A DNA stretch of 64,000 nt, taken from NCBI GenBank assembly GCA_964574595.1, contig CAZNOF010000001.1, positions 142,721-206,720 on the forward strand, read 5' to 3'. Of the stretch, positions 57,975 through 64,000 are shown piece by piece. The translations under genes and the position numbers were made by a program. The stretch is from an uncultured Pseudomonadales bacterium (lineage in GTDB: Bacteria > Patescibacteriota > Microgenomatia > UBA1400 > PJMF01). Below the pieces are notes generated by a model. The model did no database searches and had not been told where the DNA came from. It saw only the letters and a program-made list of their open reading frames with translations. The stretch's first letter is position 1. Every line of letters begins with the position of its first letter.

Positions 57975-59437
57975 CGTATCAACTCATGAATTTGATAAAT
58001 ATCACCAGCTCCAACACTCACGCAAACATCACCTTTTTTTAATTGCGATTGTAAAAAGTTTGCCAGTTCTGGGACTGTTTTCAGATTTTTCGCGATGATG
58101 TCAGGGAATGAGGTTTGTATCTGTTCGCAGAGCAGGTCACTCGAAATACTGCTATCAAATTGCTCTCTGGCTGAAGAGAAAATATCAATCATATAGACTT
58201 CATCTGCTTCAGCAAATGCGGCGACAAAATCCTTAAAAAGCGCCTTGGTTCTAGTAAAAGTGTGTGATTGAAAGGCAATTACTATCTTTTGATCTGGATA
58301 CCACTCACGAAATGCATGAATAACTTTGGAAATTTCATCTGGATGGTGAGCGTAATCATCGTAATAAATGACCCCATTTTTCTCACCAATAAACTCGGCT
58401 CTTCTTAAGGTTGAGCGAAAGTCAGCCAGATACTGAGCTGCATCATTCATGGGTACGCCCGCCTCTTGTACCGCCAAAAGGGCTGCCATCGCGTTCATGA
58501 CGTTGTACTCACCGGGAATTCTTAACTGGAGGAGGATCTTCTCATCAGCTACCTTGTTGTAAAGCATAGATTCGGTTACCCCGGGTTGGGTTTGATAGGA
58601 CAGTAACTGTAGATCAGCTTTAATACTTGTTCCAAATGTGAGTAGTTGTCTGTTATGTGTTTGAGAGTTCTGTGCCTCGATGATCACTGTTTGAGCTAGC
58701 TCGTGAAGGTCAGGATTATCAACATTCACGATTAAACTGCCGCCATCTTTAATAGAGTTGAAGAAAGTACCATACACTGCTTTCGTATGCTCAAAATCTT
58801 TATAAACATCTGGGTGGTCAAATTCTAAATTAGTACAGACCGTAATGTATGGTTGTAAGAATGAAAAGCGAGGCGTGATCTCTTCTCCTCGGCTGGGTGC
58901 AGAAGGATCTGTCACATACTCATCAGCTTCCGCTACGAAGTACTCACTTTTGCGGCTCCATTGGCCAGTTTTCTCGAGTCCGGGAATATTTCCCACGCCA
59001 ACGGCGAAAGACACTTCTCTGTCTGGATCTGCCTGATGAACCCGATTCAGAATCCAGGAAATCATGGCAGAAGTTGTGGATTTTCCCCCCACACCACAAA
59101 CGGCAATTCCCTTTTTGGCATTAAATAATTCTGCTAATGCCACGGCATGAGGAATGGTTTCAATCTCCCGCTTCTGTGCCGCCAGAACTTGAGGATTCTG
59201 TTGCGCATGATGAGCGGCTGTAAAAACCACGCAGTCGCAGTCACGAGGAATCTCCGCTGAGAATGAATTGTCGATAGAAATGCCTAACTTTTCTAAAATG
59301 TGCTGAGTGACAAAATGTTCCGGCACATCTGAGCCACGGACTTTCTTCCCGGCGTCAACCAAGCATTGAGCCAGGGCAGTCATTGCTACGCCTTTGATGC
59401 CGACTAAATAGAATGACTGATATGACAAAAGGTTCAT
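57971..59437 (-). CDS. murC: UDP-MurNAc:L-Ala ligase MurC
   Basis: VGIKGVAMTALAQCL, CGVGGKSTTSAM. Confidence 0.85.
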   Translation of the reverse strand: MNLLSYQSFYLVGIKGVAMTALAQCLVDAGKKVRGSDVPEHFVTQHILEKLGISIDNSFSAEIPRDCDCVVFTAAHHAQQNPQVLAAQKREIETIPHAVALAELFNAKKGIAVCGVGGKSTTSAMISWILNRVHQADPDREVSFAVGVGNIPGLEKTGQWSRKSEYFVAEADEYVTDPSAPSRGEEITPRFSFLQPYITVCTNLEFDHPDVYKDFEHTKAVYGTFFNSIKDGGSLIVNVDNPDLHELAQTVIIEAQNSQTHNRQLLTFGTSIKADLQLLSYQTQPGVTESMLYNKVADEKILLQLRIPGEYNVMNAMAALLAVQEAGVPMNDAAQYLADFRSTLRRAEFIGEKNGVIYYDDYAHHPDEISKVIHAFREWYPDQKIVIAFQSHTFTRTKALFKDFVAAFAEADEVYMIDIFSSAREQFDSSISSDLLCEQIQTSFPDIIAKNLKTVPELANFLQSQLKKGDVCVSVGAGDIYQIHELIR

Positions 59438-60414
59438 ATTTCGCTAAGTCCAATTAACAGATTGCCAATCTTTTGGGCATCGTGCCTCAATAATGATCGA
59501 TGAGCTGTGTCATAGGCAACTGCTGCTGCTAATTTTTCACTCAAAATATCTGCTCGAACTACTCTTGGATCACCGTCCAAATCATCAACAACCGGAAACT
59601 CTTTTTCAGCGGCATAGAGATCTAAAATTGCTTGAGGGATTTCCGTTGAGTTCACGACAATTACATCGACTTGTCTGCCAATGGCCTCTTCAATGCCTTT
59701 GACGTGGTCTAGCGCGGTCATATCAGGAGTTTGGGTAAAGCGAGTCATCAAGTTCAGAATGTAGACAACTTTGGCACGGCTGTGCTGTAAAGTTTCTTTG
59801 ACTTTATCTGGGACCAGTGTGGCCATCAAACTTGCGTAGTAGTCACCTGGACCAATGATAATCATGTCTGCTTCTTTAAGTGCTTCCTCAGCAGAAGGAT
59901 TAATTGTGGCATGAGGAACTAACTGAATTTGGGCAATTTTACGGAGTTTTTCTTGTTTCTCATCAAGTGTGTGTTCACCAACTTCTACACTGCCATCTGC
60001 ATACTGGATTTGGAGGTTTACATTATCTTTAGTGACCGGAATGACTCTTCCTTCAAGACGAAAAACTTTTTCGGCAATTTCTAACGATTCAGTGGTGTCA
60101 CCAGTCATGTCCTGAAGAGCGGTCAGAATGAGGTTCCCTAAGTTATGTCCTTGCAGCCCAGTCCCTTTATCAAAACGATAGAGCAAAATCTTGCGAATCC
60201 ACTCTTCTCCTTCACTTTCTGCCAGAGCAGCCAATGCCTGTCTCAAGTCACCGACTGGTTGAAAACCAAATTCATCACGAATTTTGCCGGTTGAACCACC
60301 TGAGTCAGAAACGGCAATAATACTAGAGATTTCAAAGTCAGTGCAGCGTTTCAAACCACTCACCACTGGAAAAGTGCCGGTACCACCACCGAGCACGACT
60401 ATTTTTTTCGTCAT
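59434..60414 (-). CDS. yvcK: YvcK/CofD-like (UPF0052) protein
   Basis: IVVLGGGTGTF N-terminus, about 326 aa. Confidence 0.75.
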   Translation of the reverse strand: MTKKIVVLGGGTGTFPVVSGLKRCTDFEISSIIAVSDSGGSTGKIRDEFGFQPVGDLRQALAALAESEGEEWIRKILLYRFDKGTGLQGHNLGNLILTALQDMTGDTTESLEIAEKVFRLEGRVIPVTKDNVNLQIQYADGSVEVGEHTLDEKQEKLRKIAQIQLVPHATINPSAEEALKEADMIIIGPGDYYASLMATLVPDKVKETLQHSRAKVVYILNLMTRFTQTPDMTALDHVKGIEEAIGRQVDVIVVNSTEIPQAILDLYAAEKEFPVVDDLDGDPRVVRADILSEKLAAAVAYDTAHRSLLRHDAQKIGNLLIGLSEI

Positions 60415-61667
60415 ATTTTGTCCTTCGTTTTCTTATTCATAATTGCCCGAACTGCCGCTTGATCACTCCAAGGGTATTCGGTGGTGCCAAATGCCATGCT
60501 CTTTTCATGGCCTTTCCCAAAAATGGCAATAATATTGTGAGGCTGAGCATAGTGAGACATGGCGTAAGCAATAGCCTCACCCCGATCAGCAATCGTCATT
60601 ACTTTACCATGATACTCGCCTAAATTTGACTTCATTTGTCGGATAATCGCCCAAACTTCTTCTGTCCGAGGGTCTTCTGCCGTAAAAATAGCGATATCTG
60701 CCAGCTCTGCGCCAAGCCGTCCCATCAGGGGTCGTTTCTTTTTATCACGCAGTCCCGCGCAGCCAAAAATGGCGATCAATTTACCCCTGCGCCTATTCCC
60801 TTTCATTTTGTCTTGAAGAGCTAGCAGAGCTGACTCCAAAGCCTTGGGAGTGTGTGCGAAATCCACAATGATTTCCGCACCTTGATAGTTGCCTACTGTT
60901 TCCATCCGTCCAGGGACACCCTTAAATTTTTTTAGGCCAGCAATGTAATCGTTGTCTGAGACCGCTAGTTCTTGAGCCATTGTATAGACGAGACGAGCGT
61001 TCATTTGGTTATATGGTTCTTCAAACCGATCGGCAATAACCTTTTTCACCATTTTGGGAACTGGATCATCAGCCGAGTATGTAACCACTCTAGCTCGACC
61101 ATTTCTGAGCTCTTTCTTGAGTTTCCCAAAAGACATCTCATCATCAGCATTGATAATCGCTACCTCTGCTCTCTTTGCCAGAGCGGCCTTTGCCTCAACA
61201 TAGAGGTCATAAGTGAGATGATAATCCAAGTGCTCTAAGGAAATATTGGTGATTCCGACAATTTTCGGATGAACACCCCATAAACGGTATTGATAGATAC
61301 CGTGGGAGGTAGCTTCCATAACCAAGTATTCAAAGCCCTCGTCCACCATTTTTCGCATGAATGCTTGAATTTGTTTTGGGTCTGGGGTGGTGACGTGAAA
61401 GCCGGTATCAATTTCTTCATCGCCAATGTACGCGGCGACCGTACTTAATAAGGCAACCTTCTTGCCAGCAGCTTTCAGGACAGAATACAGCAGCGTGCTC
61501 GATGTGGTTTTTCCGTCTGTACCAGTGATGCAAATAACTTGGAGTTGTTTATTCGGGAAGTGATACTTTATTTGAGCAGGAAGGCCAGAAAGAAGGCCAG
61601 TTTTTAAGAAGTGATACGGCTTTTTGATTTGGTAAGCGAGTAAATCAAACATGCATGCTCCAGTCAA
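60411..61667 (-). CDS. murE: Mur-ligase-family enzyme, MurE-like but lacking the usual N-terminal domain
   Basis: P-loop ICITGTDGKTTSS at residue ~47, MEATSHG, and C-terminal TAEDPRTE (DNPR-like) and FGKGHE motifs. Only 418 aa. Confidence 0.5.
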   Translation of the reverse strand: MTGACMFDLLAYQIKKPYHFLKTGLLSGLPAQIKYHFPNKQLQVICITGTDGKTTSSTLLYSVLKAAGKKVALLSTVAAYIGDEEIDTGFHVTTPDPKQIQAFMRKMVDEGFEYLVMEATSHGIYQYRLWGVHPKIVGITNISLEHLDYHLTYDLYVEAKAALAKRAEVAIINADDEMSFGKLKKELRNGRARVVTYSADDPVPKMVKKVIADRFEEPYNQMNARLVYTMAQELAVSDNDYIAGLKKFKGVPGRMETVGNYQGAEIIVDFAHTPKALESALLALQDKMKGNRRRGKLIAIFGCAGLRDKKKRPLMGRLGAELADIAIFTAEDPRTEEVWAIIRQMKSNLGEYHGKVMTIADRGEAIAYAMSHYAQPHNIIAIFGKGHEKSMAFGTTEYPWSDQAAVRAIMNKKTKDKI

Positions 61668-61672
61668 GTTGA

Positions 61673-62152
61673 CTATTTTGATTGTAAGTACTCATCAGCT
61701 TGGGTCAAGAGTTGTTTGCCAGCCTCAAAAGTGATCAACTGTTTACCCTCTGCCAGCGTCACCCATTTGTAGTCTTCAATTTCTAGCTGTTGAACTTGGA
61801 TGTCAGTTGAATTTGTTTCAGCCAGCCAAAAAGTCACGACTTTATCAACCTTTTTTCCCCAGACTTTGAATGAGTACTTTTCTAGAAATGTCACATTTTT
61901 CTCTGGTTTCAAATGACTTAATCCAACTTCTTCTTCAACTTCCCTAATAGCTGCTTCTAAAGGTTTCTCATTACCTTCAGCGTGACCTTTGGGGAAGTCC
62001 CAGTGACCCTGTTGATGTTTAATTGTTAAAAAGTGAGGTTTGCTCTCTTTCCACTGATAAATAATCATGCCATACGAGGCATCAATGCCTGATCGGTACA
62101 AATCTAGGTTTCGACGAAAATGGTGAAGTGACGGTAAATGCAATCTTTTCAC
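61673..62152 (-). CDS. Nudix hydrolase
   Basis: Nudix box GHAEGNEKPLEAAIREVEEEVGL. Confidence 0.85.
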   Translation of the reverse strand: MKRLHLPSLHHFRRNLDLYRSGIDASYGMIIYQWKESKPHFLTIKHQQGHWDFPKGHAEGNEKPLEAAIREVEEEVGLSHLKPEKNVTFLEKYSFKVWGKKVDKVVTFWLAETNSTDIQVQQLEIEDYKWVTLAEGKQLITFEAGKQLLTQADEYLQSK

Positions 62153-62176
62153 ACAGTTATCGTATCATGAGCTGAT

Positions 62177-63991
62177 TTACTTATCCGGAGGGATATTCAT
62201 GAGTAAGAACAGTTTATCGGCAATGCGATACCAAAGCGGTGCCGCGGTTTCTGCTGCCCAGGGAGAACTCTGCGGTGCGGTTAACTTGACCAGCATCACA
62301 AATTGAGGATTGTCTGGTGGCGCAAATCCAATATAACTGGCAATTGTTTGCTTGGGATCGTAATGGCCGTCAATGGGAATTTGAGCAGTTCCAGTTTTAG
62401 CCGCGGTATTGTGCGTTTTTGAAGCTGCCCATTTTGATTCTCCCTCGGTGGCAGCGGTGACCATCATTTTAGTGACAGCAGCAGCTGTTTCTGGTGAGAT
62501 TGGTTGACCAACTACCACTGGTTGTACTGGAATATCGTTCCCCGTGTTGGTATCGGTCACATGATCAATAATCTCTGGTTGCATTAAGATGCCCTTGTTT
62601 GCCACAGCTCCAATTGCCTTAACCATCTGCATCCCGGTTGTAACAATTCCCTGTCCAAAAGAACTTGTTGCCAAATCAATAACTTTCCAATCTTTTCTGA
62701 TTGGAGTACTAGTATCTTCTTGAAGCTCCAACTTCGTTTGATCACCAATACCAAATTTCTTAATGTACGTCAAAAAACGATCTTGACCAAGCAACTCGGC
62801 TACATAAACCATAGCTGTATTGTCTGACTTAGTTAAAGCTTCGGTCATATTAATATCTGGAGTGTACTCATCATTCCAAGTTTTAATCGTGTATTGGCCA
62901 ATTTTGCGAGCTGTAGCACACACCGGACAAGCCGTCTCAGGATTAATGACGCCTGCATCGATACCAGCTGATACCGTCAAAACTTTGAAGATAGAGCCAG
63001 GTTCAAACGACTCAACTAGGGACGGATTTTTGTACAGTTGGGCTGGAAAGTCATAAAAGTGAGATGGGTCGTAGTTGGGATAGTCTGCCATGGCTAAAAT
63101 TTTGCCCGTTTTGGGGTCCATGACGATTACTTCGCCAGCACTGGCTTGGTACTTAGTAATACCTTCCTTCAACATCTGTTCAACGGTGAACTGAATATCT
63201 CGGCGAATTGTTAAGTGAACATCTCGGCCATCAAATTGAGTATCTTCGGGTTTGTTGCCAAAGAGCAAAGAAAATCCCAGTGCATCCTTCAAAAATGTCT
63301 TCTTTTCAACATGTCCACGTAACTCGCGGTCAAGAGCGCCCTCAATTCCAAAATAGCCTTGATCGTTGCCGTCTTTGTCTTTACCGACCAGTCCAACCAC
63401 ATGAGCAGCCATTGAAGCTTCTGGATAATCGCGGATTTCGAAACTCTCAAAACCCACACCTTTGATCTTCATCTGCTCGATCTGCTGTTTGGTGGACTCG
63501 TTAATTCTTGATTTTAATACTGTCCAACGGCTGTTTGAGTCACTCAGTTTATTGAGAAGAGTGGCCTTCACCTGATCTACTGTTTGCGGAGGAACCTGGG
63601 CACTTGGTGAAGCATTTGGGTCTACGGGATCAATTAAGAGTGGTGCCAACTGCGCAGCAACAGTCTTGGGTTCAGTACTCATGATGTATGGCTGAGCATA
63701 GAGTTTGTAAACGGTCGCGTTTCCTACAAGTAAGTAGTTGTCGGCAGTGAAGATACGGCCACGTTTCCCTGAGACTGGGACAACCCGCGTGTACTGGCCT
63801 TGTGCTTCCGCTTGAAGAACTGCACTGTGGATGACCTGCCAGTAAAACAGTCGTAGCGTAATGACGAACAACAAAAGGTAGATGACACCTAATAGAACTC
63901 TTGTTCTGGGCGGGGCAGCAACACGAGGTTGTTTGGGATGGGTCGGATGAGAAGTCTTGTGACTAGACTGGAGTTCGTGTTTGACCGGCAT
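62177..63991 (-). CDS. ftsI: Class B penicillin-binding protein (FtsI-type transpeptidase)
   Basis: SIFK (SxxK), KSDN (SxN), KTGTA. N-terminal TM helix. Confidence 0.85.
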   Translation of the reverse strand: MPVKHELQSSHKTSHPTHPKQPRVAAPPRTRVLLGVIYLLLFVITLRLFYWQVIHSAVLQAEAQGQYTRVVPVSGKRGRIFTADNYLLVGNATVYKLYAQPYIMSTEPKTVAAQLAPLLIDPVDPNASPSAQVPPQTVDQVKATLLNKLSDSNSRWTVLKSRINESTKQQIEQMKIKGVGFESFEIRDYPEASMAAHVVGLVGKDKDGNDQGYFGIEGALDRELRGHVEKKTFLKDALGFSLLFGNKPEDTQFDGRDVHLTIRRDIQFTVEQMLKEGITKYQASAGEVIVMDPKTGKILAMADYPNYDPSHFYDFPAQLYKNPSLVESFEPGSIFKVLTVSAGIDAGVINPETACPVCATARKIGQYTIKTWNDEYTPDINMTEALTKSDNTAMVYVAELLGQDRFLTYIKKFGIGDQTKLELQEDTSTPIRKDWKVIDLATSSFGQGIVTTGMQMVKAIGAVANKGILMQPEIIDHVTDTNTGNDIPVQPVVVGQPISPETAAAVTKMMVTAATEGESKWAASKTHNTAAKTGTAQIPIDGHYDPKQTIASYIGFAPPDNPQFVMLVKLTAPQSSPWAAETAAPLWYRIADKLFLLMNIPPDK

Positions 63992-64000
63992 AGATCCAGT

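Noticed and set aside
1-64000. CRISPR arrays or other short tandem repeat arrays
   Set aside because: No regularly spaced direct repeats were found on either strand. The only repeated DNA seen is the short palindrome at the paralog starts.

Overview
The window reads as a gene-dense stretch of bacterial chromosome, about 42% GC, with 4-nt ATGA start/stop overlaps at many gene junctions. It looks like a small-genome bacterium (Patescibacteria/CPR-like or Gram-positive-like layout), but that is inference only; no rRNA is present to confirm it. The ORF track uses ATG/GTG/TTG starts, so several starts were moved by eye.

Left to right the window contains:
- The 3' part of a heavy-metal P-type ATPase, converging on a minus-strand two-component system bracketed by two small His-rich DUF2933-like membrane proteins.
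- An EnvC-like coiled-coil M23 peptidase.
- An ArsR–SRPBCC pair, followed by a Cys-rich secreted protein, a DsbD_2/CcdA-like membrane protein and a DUF1573-like (SCGCT) protein.
- An ABC-2 transporter (ATPase plus two permeases), then PAP2 and PLC/AcpA-type phosphoesterases and a SAM methyltransferase.
- A second two-component system with an upstream triply-repeated membrane protein and a downstream PepSY protein.
- A compact type IV secretion-like operon: VirB2-like pilin, pilin::VirB6-like fusion, VirB3-like protein, VirB4 split into two translationally coupled ORFs, and an M23 wall hydrolase. No relaxase or coupling protein is in the window.
- A defence-like islet: an AbiEii/DUF1814-type nucleotidyltransferase fused to a WYL-like domain and a zinc-finger tail, a divergent XRE regulator, and a single-HKD PLD nuclease with a small partner ORF.
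- A PIMT-like methyltransferase and two tandem large paralogs with a conserved GLEFE..MHIHLD core and C-terminal HEAT repeats, abutting tRNA-Thr(CGT).
- A MazG-like gene, an Ig-like surface protein, a glycan trio (Wzy-like, GT2, flippase), lepB and parB.
- rpmA–THUMP RNA methyltransferase–rplU, rodA, and ileS with a terminator-containing (possibly T-box) leader.
- A complete reverse-oriented dcw cluster: ftsZ, ftsA, ftsQ, murG, ftsW, murD, an unexpected PP-loop/Cys-cluster protein, mraY, murA (Cys-to-Asp active site), murB, a small Rossmann-like gene, murC, yvcK, a short MurE-like ligase, Nudix, ftsI.

No CRISPR array, integrase or transposase was seen.
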